Shown piece by piece: positions 44,974 to 56,276 of a stretch of 64,000 nt of DNA. The position numbers and the translations under genes were made by a program. Numbering within the stretch: the first letter of the stretch is position 1; each line of letters opens with the position of its first letter. Where the stretch lies: contig CAWJPJ010000008.1 of NCBI GenBank assembly GCA_963844715.1, positions 512,001 through 576,000 on the forward strand, given 5' to 3'. Source of the stretch: an uncultured Phycisphaerales bacterium. Lineage in GTDB: Bacteria; Planctomycetota; Phycisphaerae; Tepidisphaerales; Tepidisphaeraceae. The notes under the pieces were generated by a model. The model searched no databases. It saw only the letters and a list, made by a program, of their open reading frames with translations, and was not told the DNA's origin.

Positions 44974-46569
44974 ATGCGGAAATTTATATTGATTGCTGGA
45001 ATGACGGCGGCTTTGACGGGATGCGAAGTGGGTCCGGACTACAAGCCGCCGAATATCACGGTGCGGCCGGATTTTGCGGAGAGCGCGTCGACGCAGCCGT
45101 CGGGGGCGGCGCTGGCGTCGATGAAATGGTGGGAAACGTTTCACGATCCGGTGCTTAATTCTCTGATTGCGCGGGCGGTGCGGGGGAATCTGAATCTTCA
45201 GACGGCGGGGTCGCGGCTGCGGCAGGCGCGGGCGCAGCGCGGGGTGGTGGGGTCGGAACTTTGGCCGACGGTTAACGCGGATGCGGGGTATCAGAACGGG
45301 CGAGGAAGCAAGAATGTGGTGATTCCGGCGGGAGCGTTTGGGTCGGCGTTTCCATCCGCGTCGCCGACGGCTTCGCCCCTGGTGGTTCCGCAGGCGATTC
45401 CCGGGCAGGCGACGCCGGCGCAGGCGACGGCCACGGGAGGGTCGGGGGCAGCCGCGGGGACGGGATCGACGGCGGGCCTTGCGCCGCTGAGCCCGCTGGG
45501 AGAGGGCGGGCTGCCGGGAGTGGAGACGCAGCTTTATCAGGGCGGTTTCGACGCGTCATGGGAGCTGGACGTTTTTGGCGGACATAGGAGGGATATCGAG
45601 GCGGCGGATGCGGATACGGCAGCGGCGATCGAGGATGTGCGCGATGTGCTGGTCTCGCTCGAGGCGGAAGTGGCGCGAATTTATGTCGAGCTGCGCAGCA
45701 ATCAGAGGCAGCTTCAGATCGCGACGGATAATCTGCACGATCAGCAGGAGACGCTGGAGCTGACGCGGTCGCGGTATCACGCGGGGTTCGTGACGCAATT
45801 GGACGTGGCGCGGCAGGCGGCGCAAGTGGCTTCGACGGCGGCGACGCTGCCGGTATATGAGCAATTTATCCAAAGCGATATTCATCAACTGGGGATTTTG
45901 CTCGGACAGGATCCGGATTCGCTGATGGATGAGCTGAGCGAGCCGGGGGCGATGCCGGCGGCGGCGCCGGACGTGCCGGTGGGGGTTCCGGCGGAATTGC
46001 TGAGGCGCAGGCCGGATATTCGGCGCGCGGAGCGGGAGTTGGCGGCGGCGTCGGCGCGGATTGGCGTGGCCGAGGCTGATCTGTATCCGAAATTCGAATT
46101 GACGGGGCAGCTTGGGATCGACAGTTCGAACATCAATAATCTGATTGAATGGAACAGCCGGTATTTTGCGCTCAATCCGGGGGTGAGCTGGCCGATTTTC
46201 GACGCGGGGCGAATCCGGTCGAATATCAACGTGCAAAAGGAACTGACGCGGCAGGCGGCGGTGAATTATCAGAAGACCGTGCTGCAGGCGCTGGATGAAG
46301 TGGAAGATGCGCTGGCGTCGTATCGGCTGGAACAGCTTCGCCGCAAGGCGCTGGCGGATGCCGTGGACGCGGCGCAGCAGGCGGTGGACCTGGCCAAGCA
46401 GCAGTATCAGCAGGGCGTGATCGATTTTTTGTCGGTGCTGGATGCGCAGCGGTCGCTGTTTGAGGCGCAAACGGTGCTGGCGCAAAGCGACGCGTCGATT
46501 TCGACGGATCTGGTGGCGCTATACAAGGCCCTGGGCGGGGGATGGCAGATCGCTTCGGCGCAGCCTTAA
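44974..46569 (+). CDS. NodT/TolC outer-membrane efflux lipoprotein
   Basis: Lipobox LTGC-VGPDY; WELDVFG; LLRRRPDIR; LYKALGGGW. Confidence 0.93.
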   Translation: MRKFILIAGMTAALTGCEVGPDYKPPNITVRPDFAESASTQPSGAALASMKWWETFHDPVLNSLIARAVRGNLNLQTAGSRLRQARAQRGVVGSELWPTVNADAGYQNGRGSKNVVIPAGAFGSAFPSASPTASPLVVPQAIPGQATPAQATATGGSGAAAGTGSTAGLAPLSPLGEGGLPGVETQLYQGGFDASWELDVFGGHRRDIEAADADTAAAIEDVRDVLVSLEAEVARIYVELRSNQRQLQIATDNLHDQQETLELTRSRYHAGFVTQLDVARQAAQVASTAATLPVYEQFIQSDIHQLGILLGQDPDSLMDELSEPGAMPAAAPDVPVGVPAELLRRRPDIRRAERELAAASARIGVAEADLYPKFELTGQLGIDSSNINNLIEWNSRYFALNPGVSWPIFDAGRIRSNINVQKELTRQAAVNYQKTVLQALDEVEDALASYRLEQLRRKALADAVDAAQQAVDLAKQQYQQGVIDFLSVLDAQRSLFEAQTVLAQSDASISTDLVALYKALGGGWQIASAQP

Positions 46570-46685
46570 ATGCAACCGCGGAGACGCGGAGACACAGAGA
46601 CAAACGCGGAGAAAACCAATTCAATTCTTTAAAAAAATGAATTTGAATTCTCCGCGTTTTGCTCCGCGTCTCCGCGGTTGCATTT
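46568..46685. repeat. Nonamer-based palindromic element with a perfect 24-bp terminal inverted repeat
   Basis: aaatgcaaccgcggagacgcggag ... ctccgcgtctccgcggttgcattt; AT-rich centre. Confidence 0.85.
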
Positions 46686-46729
46686 TCCGCGCGTGAATTT
46701 GTGAGAATGAGTCCCTACAATCCGAATCC

Positions 46730-47251
46730 ATGGACGAGCAGATTATTGTGAATTTTGACGGGGGGAGTCGGGGGAATCCTGGGGTGGCGGGGACGGGGGT
46801 GGTGATCAAGGCCTTGGATGGGACGCCGCTGATTACGGTGGGGCGGTATATTGGGCATGCGACGAATAATGTCGCGGAATATATGGCGCTGATCGACGGT
46901 TTGCGGCAGGCTAAGAAGCTCGGGGCTCGGAATCTGCTTATTCGCGGGGACAGCGAATTGATCATCAAGCAGATGCGCGGGGAATATCGCGTTAAAAATG
47001 AGGCGCTGCGGGATTTGTTTACGGAAGCCTCGAAATTGGCGGGGCTATTTCAATCGGTGCTTTACGAACATAATCTGCGCGAGAAGAATTCGCTGGCGGA
47101 TCGATTGGCGAATCTGGCGATGGATCGGCGGACGGATGTGACGGACGCGGATGAATTGGCGCCGTGCGCGCCGTCGCCGGCGCGGGTGGGGAGGGGGAAT
47201 GTGGTGTGTCCGAATTGCGGGTGTGAATTTCAGCCGGGAGGAAAACAGTAA
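46730..47251 (+). CDS. rnhA: Ribonuclease HI
   Basis: FDGGSRGNPG, TNNVAEY, GDSEL, NSLADRLAN; C-terminal CPNCG tail. Confidence 0.92.
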   Translation: MDEQIIVNFDGGSRGNPGVAGTGVVIKALDGTPLITVGRYIGHATNNVAEYMALIDGLRQAKKLGARNLLIRGDSELIIKQMRGEYRVKNEALRDLFTEASKLAGLFQSVLYEHNLREKNSLADRLANLAMDRRTDVTDADELAPCAPSPARVGRGNVVCPNCGCEFQPGGKQ

Positions 47252-47847
47252 TGGGCGAGAATCCGCGGATAGAACAATTTCGGAAAATGGCGGAAGCCGA
47301 TCCGACCAATGAGTTGGGGCATTTTTCGCTGGGGAAGGCGTATCTGGACGCCGGGAACGCGGCGGCGGCGATCGCGCCGCTGCAGCGGGCGCTGGAGTTG
47401 AATCCGGATGTGACGCGGGCGTATCAGTTTCTGGCGCAGGCGATGCTCAAGGAGAATCGGTCGCCGGAGGCGGTCGAGACGCTGACGAAGGGGGTGGAGA
47501 TCGCGACGAAGCGCGGGGATTTGCGCCGCGGAACGAGATGGTGAAGATGCTGAAGGACTTGGGCGGCGCCGGTCGCGGAATTGCCGGCGAGCGTGCCGCA
47601 GGTCAGCGCGGGGGAGGGGGAAGTGGTTTGCAATCGGTGCGGGCGGGCGGGGAAGAGGCTGCCTTCACAGCCGTTTAGTGCGCCGCTGGGGAAGGAGATT
47701 TTTGAGAAAATCTGCGCGAATTGCTGGCGGGAATGGATTGGGATGGGGACGAAGGTGATTAATGAATTGCGACTGCCGCTTTCGGATCCGCAGGCGCAGA
47801 AGATTTACGATCAGCATATGCGGGAGTTTCTCAATTTGACGAAGTGA
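47251..47847 (+). CDS. TPR + Fe(II)-trafficking YggX-like fusion (frameshift near 47525)
   Basis: TPR N-terminus; LGKEIFEKICANCWREW...INELRL...MREFL. Confidence 0.75.
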
Positions 47848-47898
47848 ATGATCCGGTGCAACAAGTTGCACCGGCTTCGCGGGAGTGGGGTTTCAAAT

Positions 47899-48824
47899 TC
47901 AATCGTTCGGGGAAGGCTCGGTTTGCGGGGCGCCGCCGAGGAAGGCGTGGTATTTCATCCAGTTCATGGCTAGCGTCGGCCAGATGCCGTGGGGGTCGTT
48001 GCTGGGTTTTAGGGCGAAGCCGTGGCGGCCTTCGCTGAAGACGTGGAGTTCGGCGCTGACGCCGGCTTCGTTGAGGGCGACATAATAGAAGACGGCGTGC
48101 TCGTTTCCGTCCTTGTCGTTGTCGCTGCTGCTTCTGTCGTCTTGGGCGACGGCGAGGAAAGTGGGGGGAGTTTGTTTGGTGACTTTGATTTCGGGCTTGA
48201 GGCGGTGGGTGCCGTCTTTCAGGGTGAGATCGCCCGGATAGATGGCCAGGGCGACATCGGGGCGCGAGGCTTGTGGAGAGTCGTACTGGTCTACGGGGTC
48301 GTAGGTAAGCTGATCGAAGTGGGTGGAGACGCCGGCGACGAGGCGGCCGCCGGCGGAGAAGCCGATGACGCCGATTCGATTGGGATCGATTTGCCACTGG
48401 GAGGCCATGCCGCGGACGAGGCAGAGGGCGCGCTGGGCGTCCTGCATGGCGATGAATTCCTTGGGCTGACCCTTGTGGGGCGGGACGCGGTATTTGACGA
48501 CGATGGCGGTGATTCCTTCGCTGGAAAGCCACTGGGCGATGGTGGGGCCTTCTTTTTTGACGACGATTTTGCCGAATCCGCCGCCGGGGAAGACGAGGAG
48601 GGCGGCGCCGGCATTTTTGCTCGGGTCGGCGCGCAGACGGAGAGGGTCGGGACGGAGACGTTTGTGATGTCGAGGCCGATGGGTTTTTCGGGAGGAGGAT
48701 TGGGGGATTCGCCGGGGGCGGCGGCGGGCCAGAGATTGAGCGTGAAATCGGCGGGGCGAGGAGAAGTTGTGCAGGCGGAGAGGAAGACTGTCATGGCTAG
48801 CAAAAGTTTACGCATCGCGGTCAT
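47899..48824 (-). CDS. Alpha/beta hydrolase (xylan esterase-like lipoprotein; frameshifts)
   Basis: DAQRA, IGVIGFSAGG, RPD...YP, TPPTFL, ELHVF..GRHGF. Confidence 0.82.
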
Positions 48825-48918
48825 CCGAAATCCGAAACCAGAAACCAGAAATCCGAATCAAACCAGAAACCCGAATGACCGAATGCTGTGGCTTATTATG
48901 GTTTCGGAATTGGTTCGC
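48823..48918. repeat. Heptamer-based element (left arm intact, right arm partial)
   Basis: aaatccgaaaccagaaaccagaaatccgaatcaaa...gaatgaccgaatg. Confidence 0.8.
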
Positions 48919-48951
48919 CCGCCTCGGCGGGTGGCCTTGTCTTTCGATATC

Positions 48952-49981
48952 TTATTCGACCGTCCACGTCTCATGGCCCGTTACCAATTCTTGCAAATCT
49001 CCTTGGCCGTTGGTTTGGATGGCTTGGGCGATTTGTTGGCGGACCAGGTCGTCGTAGCAGGGTTGCTGGATGGCGCGGAAGACGCCGAGGGGTTCGGGGA
49101 AATCGGGTTGTCGCATTCGGCTTAAGAGGAAAGCGAGGGTCGGGTCGGGGGCTTTTTCGTCGTGGATGAGGAGGTCGTCGGGGGTGACGTTTTTGAGATC
49201 GACGATTTCGGGGGTTACGCCGTTGAGGCGGATGCCCTTGTCGAGGTTCTTGCCGAAGATGAGGGGTTTGCCGTGCTCGAGGTAGAGGGTGGTGTCGCTC
49301 TTGCGGGTTTTGTCGGTGGCGTAGTCGTAGGCGCCGTCGTTGAAGATGTTGCAGTTCTGGTAGATCTCGACGAAGGCGGTGCCGACGTGCGCGGCGGCGC
49401 GCTCGAGGACGTATTCGAGATGCTTAAGGTCGACGTCGATGGCGCGGGCGGCGAAAGTGGCTTCGGCGCCGATGGCGATGCTGATGGGGCGGATGGGGAA
49501 TTCGGGGGCGCCCATCGGGGCTGCTCTTGGTTTTCTTGCCTTGCTCGCTGGTGGGGGAGTATTGGCCCTTGGTGAGGCCGTAGATTCGGTTGTTGAAGAG
49601 GAGGACTTTGAGATTGACGTTTCGGCGGATGAGGTGCATGAAGTGATTGCCGCCGATGGAGAGCGCGTCGCCGTCGCCGGTGACCATCCAGACGGTGAGG
49701 TCCGGGCGGGCTAGGGTGAGTCCGGTGGCGAGGGTAGGGGCGCGGCCGTGGACGGTGTGGAAGCCGAAAGTGTTCATGTAGTAGGGGAATCGGCTGCTGC
49801 ACCCGATGCCGGAGATGAAGACGGTTTTGCTGCGATCCGTGCCGATTTTGGCGAGGACCTTTTTCATCTGGGCAAGGATGGAGTAGTCGCCGCAGCCGGG
49901 GCACCAGCGGACTTCCTGGTCGCTGGCGTAGTCGGCGGGCTTGAGAACGTTGAGGTTGGTGGTGTTGGGGACAACGCTCAT
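48952..49981 (-). CDS. korB: 2-oxoacid:ferredoxin oxidoreductase beta subunit (frameshift near 49515)
   Basis: WCPGCGD, GIGCSSR, GDGDALSIGGNH, YGLTKGQYSPT. Confidence 0.92.
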
Positions 49982-50010
49982 CTGGGGATCATCCTCCCTC
50001 GGCGTCAGGA

Positions 50011-51940
50011 CTAATTAAATCGTTGTCGTGAATAAGGCGAAGTTCGGAATCGAGGTCCCGGTTTTCCAGGACCGTTTTGGCGGCGCGGACGAGTTCGGTG
50101 ATGGTGAACGGCTGGCCGCGAACTTTGCTGAGGCCTTTGGCGTCGACGAGGAATTTCCGCGCAAGAGGAGGCGAAGCTGGCCGAGGTTGAGTTCCGGGAC
50201 CAGGAGTTTTTGAATGCTTGGATGAGTTCGCCGAGGCGCTGCGGGAGGGGGTTGATATAGCGAATATGAGCCGCGGAGACGGGGAGGCCGGCCTCGCGGA
50301 GTTGCAGGGTGGCGGCTTTGATGGCGCCGAAGGTTCCGCCCCAGCCTAAGAGAAGGAGGTCGCCGGATTCGGGGCCGGTCATGACGAGATCGTGACCGGC
50401 GGGCTGGATGCCGGCGACTTTTGCGGCGCGGAGGCGGACCATGCGTTCGTGATTGGCGGCGTCGTAGCTGACGGTGCCGGTGATTTCCTGTTTTTCGAGG
50501 CCGCCGATGCGGTGCTCGAGGCCGGGCGTTCCGGGGAGGGCCCAGGGGCGGACGAGATCGGAATTGCGTTTGTAGGGCATGGAACGCGTTCGCCGTTGGC
50601 GGACGGATGCTGGATGGAGATTCTGGGGAGTTTGTCGACGTCGGGAATGAGCCAGGGTTCGGCTCCATTGGCGATGTATCCGTCGGAGAGGAGGACGACG
50701 GGGGTCATGTATCGCGTGGCGATGGTGAAGGCTTCGATGGCCGCCTGGAAGCAGTCGGAAGGGGAGCACGCCGCGATGACGGGGACGGGGCATTCGCCGT
50801 TGCGGCCGTACATGACCTGGAGGAGATCGGCTTGCTCGGTTTTTGTGGGAAGGCCGGTGCTGGGTCCGCCGCGCTGGACATCGACGACGACGACGGGCAA
50901 TTCGGTGATGACGGCCAGACCCATGGCTTCGGACTTGAGGGCGATGCCGGGGCCGCTGGTGCCGGTTGCGCCGAGCGCACCGCCGAAGCTGGCGCCGATG
51001 GCGGCGCCGATGGCGGAGATTTCGTCCTCGGCCTGGAATGTGATGACGCCGAAATGTTTCTGGGCGGCAAGATTATGCAGAATGTCGCTGGCGGGGGTGA
51101 TCGGGTAGCCGCAGTAAACTAACGGCTTACCGGCGAGCCTTGAGGCGGCGATCATCCCCATGGCGAGGGCTTCGTTGCCGGTGATTTTGCGATATTTGCC
51201 TGGCGGGGAGCTTGGCTTTGGGGACCTGGTATTGCTCGTGGAAGAGTTCGGCGGTTTCGCCGTAGTTAAAGCCGGCTTTGAGGGCCAGGGAGTTGGCGAG
51301 GGCGACGGCGGGTTTTTTGGCGAACTTGGCGGCGATGTGCTCGAGGGTCGAGGTCGAGCGGCCTGCCATAGAGCCAATAGACCACGCCGAGGGCGAACAT
51401 GTTTTTGCAGCGATTCGATTCCTTGGTTCCAAGGCCCGATTCCTTGGTGGCGGCGGCGTTGAGCTTGTCGATGGGGACGCGGACGAGGCGATAGCGACTC
51501 AGGGAGCCGTCATCGAGGGGGTTATTGGCGTAGCCGGCCTTGCGGAGGTCGATGGCGGCGAAGGAATCTTCGTCGACGATGATGATGCCGCCGTCGCGGA
51601 CGCTGGAAAGATTGGTCTTGAGGGCGGCGGGGTTCATGGCGACGAGAGCGTCGACTTCATCGCCGGGGGTGAAGATTTCGGTGCTGGCGAAGTGGATTTG
51701 GTATCCGCTGACGCCGGCGAGAGTTCCAGCCGGGGCGCGGATTTCGGCGGGGAAATCGGGGAGGGTGCTGATGTCGTTGCCGATGGCGGCGGAGGTATCG
51801 GTGAATTGCGTCCCGGCGAGCTGCATTCCGTCGCCGCTGTCGCCGGCGAAGCGAACGGTGACGCTGGGGAGGGTGGTGGTAGGCTTGCGCGGCGCGGCGG
51901 ATGGAGCGCCATCCTGGGCCGTATCTGTCGTGGTACTCAT
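50011..51940 (-). CDS. korA: 2-oxoacid:ferredoxin oxidoreductase alpha subunit (several frameshifts)
   Basis: [48 protein letters not shown]. Confidence 0.92.
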
Positions 51941-52151
51941 TCGTCACAAACCTCTGTCTGATAGCCCAGCCACCCACCGGTGGGGAGCGAATTTCTACTA
52001 ATTCAACATGGATAGTCGAAAGTAGCGTCTTTAGGCTCGCCTCGCAACCCGTGCACTTCTAACCAAATCTTAACTTGCCTAAATTAACTTTTTTTAGTGA
52101 AAACCCTCGATTTTATTGACGCAGAGGGGGTAGAGTGGTTTGATAAGGCGT

Positions 52152-52406
52152 ATGCGGCAGCTGTATCACACCATCATCAAGCCGGAAACGAACGGAGTTT
52201 ACGTAGGATGGGTAGAGGAGATTCCCGGGGCAATGACCTACGGGAAGACCCTGGAGGAGTGCCGGCGGAATCTGCGGGAGTCGCTGCTGATCATGGTCGA
52301 GACACACCGGGACGAGGCGCGGGTGGGACTGGGGCCGGAGTGCATTCAGGAGTCGATCGAAATCGATACGGAGGAGTTGCCGGATCGGTTTGAGTTGCCT
52401 GCCTAA
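52152..52406 (+). CDS. HicB-like antitoxin
   Basis: YVGWVEEIPGAMTYGKTLEECRRNLRESL. Confidence 0.8.
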   Translation: MRQLYHTIIKPETNGVYVGWVEEIPGAMTYGKTLEECRRNLRESLLIMVETHRDEARVGLGPECIQESIEIDTEELPDRFELPA

Positions 52407-52524
52407 TCGGGTCTTTATTTAAGCCCATTCATTAGTCGGTCGCCAAAACTGCAAAGCGCGGATGCTTGAATAGCTCGTTTGACACTGACGCGTGAATCGA
52501 ATGTTGGTTCTACTGCGGGGATGA

Positions 52525-53314
52525 TTAGGCCTTGCGCCAGAACGCGCCTTGCCCGTCAATCGGGGTGATCGACTCGGCGATGTTGTTGCGCTTGCGGTAG
52601 TCGTCGACGGCCTGTCGGCATTCGATGATGTGATTGTATTCGTCGATGATCGCAAATCCGCCGGGGGACAGGCCGGGATAGAGGTTTTCTAGAGCGACCA
52701 TCGTCGACTCGTACATGTCGCCGTCGAGGCGAATCAGGGACCAGCGATGATGGCGCGAGCTTTGGAAGCGAATCGGAAAAAAAACCTTTTATGAATCGGA
52801 TGCGCTCGTCGAGGAGTCCGTAGCGGGCAAAGTTTGCCGCGACCTGTTCCTGGGAGACGGAAAGCAACTCGTACTTGTATAGGTCGATTTTGGCGTCCTG
52901 GGGATAGGCCTCGACGTTGGGGCGGGGAAGGCCCTCGAATGAATCGGCAACGTAAACGTCGCGGTCGTTGGCGTCGTATGCCATGAGCACGGCACGCATG
53001 AATATGGTGCACCCGCCGCGCCACACGCCGGTTTCAATCAGGTCGCCGGGAACATTGTGCTGCAATATTTTTTCGATGCATTCCCGCACGTTCTGGAGAC
53101 GTTTGTGTCCGACCATCGTTTCGGCGTTGAAAGGCAAATCGTTTCCTTCAAGTCGCGGATGAGTGGGAGATAAAGCTTGCAGCGTGACCTGGGTCATATG
53201 GCCGTCGGCCGCCATGGTGTACATGTGAGCGGAGTCGGTGAGCGTCATCTTCAGCAAATCGAGGTAGGCCGAGCGCACTCGCGGCAAAAGGGGATTTGGA
53301 TTTGCGTCGGACAT
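52525..53314 (-). CDS. TylF/MycF O-methyltransferase (frameshift near 52745)
   Basis: VPGDLIETGVWRGG, DSFEGLP, IRLDGDMYEST. Confidence 0.9.
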
Positions 53315-54719
53315 GAAGCTCCGTGGAGGATTTTTCGCCGGTTGGCCAGTCTAAGCAGGGCGCGAAATCAAAGCAATTACGGCCGAGTCGACTGGGAAGA
53401 GCTTTGGGTTTGTTCGGGCGCAGCGGCGCGGCTTCGACGCCGATGAGGCGCTGCCTGCCTGTGTACTTCGGCGTGGTGGTGTCCTGGACTTGCTGCTGGG
53501 CCTGGACGATCTGGTTGCGCACGGCGTCTTGTTGGGATTGGAGAACGATGCGGTCCTGCTGCAATTTTCTGTTGTCGTCGGAGAGCTGGTAGTAAATCTG
53601 CGGGAGGGGGACTTGATAGATAATGCCGTTTTCGCCGGCGATGTAGCTGCCGGCTTCGAGGCGGTGCATCTGGCGCGTGTTTTGATCGGTCTCGGCGTCG
53701 ATCTGGCCCAGGCGCTGTTGAATGGCGTCGAACTGATTTTGCAGATCGGCGACCTGCTGCTTGACTCGGTTTTCAACGGCTTGCAATTGGGCGAGTTGAT
53801 CGGAGGTGACCCAGCCGGCGCCCCAGCGGTAGAGGCCGTCTTTGGCGCGGCGGGCGCGAAGGAGGGTGTCCTGGTCGCGGAAATCGGCGGCAGCCTGCTG
53901 GCCGAGCGTGGTTTGGGCGTCGGTTGGGCTCAGGGCGGCGAGGGCTTCGGCGACGTTATCGAGAATCGGCTGGGCGACGGGGGCGGCGAGCATAGCCTGA
54001 TCGTAGAAACCCATCGCGGCTGTTTGCGCGCCGAGGCGCCATGCGGTGACGGCCAGATTGTTGAGCGTGGGGCCGTAATTGGGGGCGATGGAGTTGGCCA
54101 AGGCGAAATTGTCGCGGGCCTTGGTGAGTTGGTTTTGGTTATAGAGCTGGACGCCTTGAATAAAGATCGCGGTGGCGTTTTGGGGGTCGTCGAGGAGGGC
54201 CTGATTTAAAAGTTCAGTTGCTTCTTCGGTGTGATTTTGCAGCAGTAGATCGCGGGCGGCGATGGATTCGGTTTGGCTGACCTGGCGGAGTTTGCCGCGC
54301 TGATCGGGGGTGACCCAGCGGGTGCCGACTTTAACGAGGCCCTGGGTCTGACGGTCCTGCCAGGTTTGCAGATCCAGTTTGGCTTCGGCGAGGACCTGTG
54401 GGTCGGTGTTGGCGGCGATGAATCGCTGGTAGCGCGGGATGATCAGCAAGATGTCATCCAGCGATTCGACGGCGCGGCGCAGGGAGGCGAGGCCGTCCAT
54501 GGCGGCCTGGGGCGCTGGGGCGGTGGCGACGACCTGAATGGAGGCGATGCGGTCGGGGGCGACGGCGAGGACTTTTCCATCGTCGCGATTGATGATCCAT
54601 CCGTCGGGGGTTTTTCTGGCGCGGCCGTGGAGGACGGTTCCGTCATTGAGAGTGATGATGTCGCCGCGGGCGATCGACGCCGCTCCGAGGATGGCGGCCG
54701 CAATCCAGCGCAGATTCAT
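53148..54719 (-). CDS. Secreted TPR/coiled-coil hypothetical protein (3' end uncertain)
   Basis: Signal peptide, DIITLNDG; TPR-like LNNLAV; the overlap with tylF suggests a terminal frameshift. Confidence 0.65.
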   Translation of the reverse strand: MNLRWIAAAILGAASIARGDIITLNDGTVLHGRARKTPDGWIINRDDGKVLAVAPDRIASIQVVATAPAPQAAMDGLASLRRAVESLDDILLIIPRYQRFIAANTDPQVLAEAKLDLQTWQDRQTQGLVKVGTRWVTPDQRGKLRQVSQTESIAARDLLLQNHTEEATELLNQALLDDPQNATAIFIQGVQLYNQNQLTKARDNFALANSIAPNYGPTLNNLAVTAWRLGAQTAAMGFYDQAMLAAPVAQPILDNVAEALAALSPTDAQTTLGQQAAADFRDQDTLLRARRAKDGLYRWGAGWVTSDQLAQLQAVENRVKQQVADLQNQFDAIQQRLGQIDAETDQNTRQMHRLEAGSYIAGENGIIYQVPLPQIYYQLSDDNRKLQQDRIVLQSQQDAVRNQIVQAQQQVQDTTTPKYTGRQRLIGVEAAPLRPNKPKALPSRLGRNCFDFAPCLDWPTGEKSSTELHVRRKSKSPFAASALGLPRFAEDDAHRLRSHVHHGGRRPYDPGHAASFISHSSAT

Positions 54720-54802
54720 GTCGAGCCTCCGGCGAACGGTTCATTTTAGACGCGGCCTTTCGATTGGGAAACCGCGTGGGGGTGATTTACAATTCGCGGC
54801 CC

Positions 54803-55700
54803 ATGCCTGGAACGGACGGCCCGTGGACAATTCGGCGGTTGCTGGAGTGGACGACGGGGTATTTTACGCGCAAGGAGATCGACTCGCCGCGGTTGTCGGC
54901 GGAGTTGCTTTTGGCGCACGTGCTGGAACTGCCGCGGATCAAGCTTTACACGAATTATGAGCGCGTGGTCGAGGAGAAGAATCTGACCGCGTTTCGGGAG
55001 CTGGTTCGTGCGCGCGGCGGAGCAGGAGCCGATCGCTTATCTGACCGGGCGGGCGCATTTTTTCAATTTGGAATTCGAGGTGACGCCGGACGTGCTGATT
55101 CCGCGCCCGGATACGGAGACGCTGGTTGAGAACGTGATCCAACTGATCCGGCACGAGAAGGGATTGGAGTCGCCGCGGATTCTGGATTTGTGCACGGGGA
55201 GCGGGTGCATCGCGGCGACGATTGCGCATCAAGTGAAGGGGTCGATCGTGCTGGCGACGGAGATCAATCCGGCGGCGGCGGGGCTGGCGCGGCGGAATAT
55301 CCAGAGGCTGGGGTTGTCGGAACGGGTGACGGTTATGGAGGGGGATTTATTTCAGCCGCTGGAGCAGACGATCGATCGGTTGCCGTTTCAGTTGATCGTG
55401 GCTAATCCGCCTTATGTTCCTACGGGGCAGATCGCGGGGTTGGACCGGAATGTGCGGGATTTTGAGCCGGTTGCGGCGCTGGACGGGGGATTGGATGGAT
55501 TGGCGATTCATCGTCGAATTTTGCAGCAAGCACCGGCGAAGCTTTCGCCGGGAGGGCATATTTTTCTGGAGATCGCGTTCGATCAGGGGGAGTTGGCCAT
55601 CGAATTGGCGAAGGAACATGCGGAGTTTATCGAGGCGAAGGTGTTGAAGGATCATGGGGGGAATGATCGGGTGCTGACGGCTCGGATTAAACCCGAATGA
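54803..55700 (+). CDS. prmC: Release-factor glutamine methyltransferase (frameshift near 55010)
   Basis: VLIPRPDTE, LDLCTGSGCIA, ANPPY, ALDGGLDGL. Confidence 0.93.
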
Positions 55701-55798
55701 CGAAACCAGAAATCCGAATCAAATCCGAAACCAGAATGAGCCATAGCATTCGGCCATTCGGGCTTCTGGTTTGATTCTGGTTTCTGGTTTCGGATTTC
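55689..55798. repeat. Heptamer-based palindromic element between convergent prmC and rpsI
   Basis: Same arm as 20388; its first units supply the prmC end KPE*. Confidence 0.85.
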
Positions 55799-55803
55799 CA
55801 GTT

Positions 55804-56253
55804 TTATCGCTTGGAGAACTGGAATCGTCGGCGGGCGCCGCGTTGGCCGTATTTTTTGCGTTCTTTCATTCGGCTGTCGCGGGTGAGGAAGCCTGCGTTT
55901 CTGAGGGGGACTTCGAGGGTGCTGTCGAACTTGGCGAGGGCTCGGCCGAGACCCATGACGATGGCGCCGGATTGGCCGGTGGCGCCGCCGCCGTTGCAGC
56001 GTGCCCAGACGTCCATTTTTCCGCCGGTGCTGGTGACTTCGAGGGGTCCGAAGATGGATTTTCTATCGCCTTCGGAGGTGAAGAATTCGTTGAGGGTTCG
56101 GCCGTTGACTTCGATCTTGCCGGTGCCGGGGGCGACGCGGACGCGGGCGACGGACGATTTTCTGCGGCCGACGCCCCAGGTGTAGACGGGTTTGGCTTTG
56201 GGGGCATCGGATGCTGGAGCAGTTGTTTCAGCGGTGGGCGCGTCTTGCGACAT
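55804..56253 (-). CDS. rpsI: 30S ribosomal protein S9
   Basis: GRRKSSVARV, LTRDSRMKERKKYG, FQFSKR. Confidence 0.97.
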   Translation of the reverse strand: MSQDAPTAETTAPASDAPKAKPVYTWGVGRRKSSVARVRVAPGTGKIEVNGRTLNEFFTSEGDRKSIFGPLEVTSTGGKMDVWARCNGGGATGQSGAIVMGLGRALAKFDSTLEVPLRNAGFLTRDSRMKERKKYGQRGARRRFQFSKR

Positions 56254-56276
56254 GGTCGTGTGTTCCGTGGTTGAAG

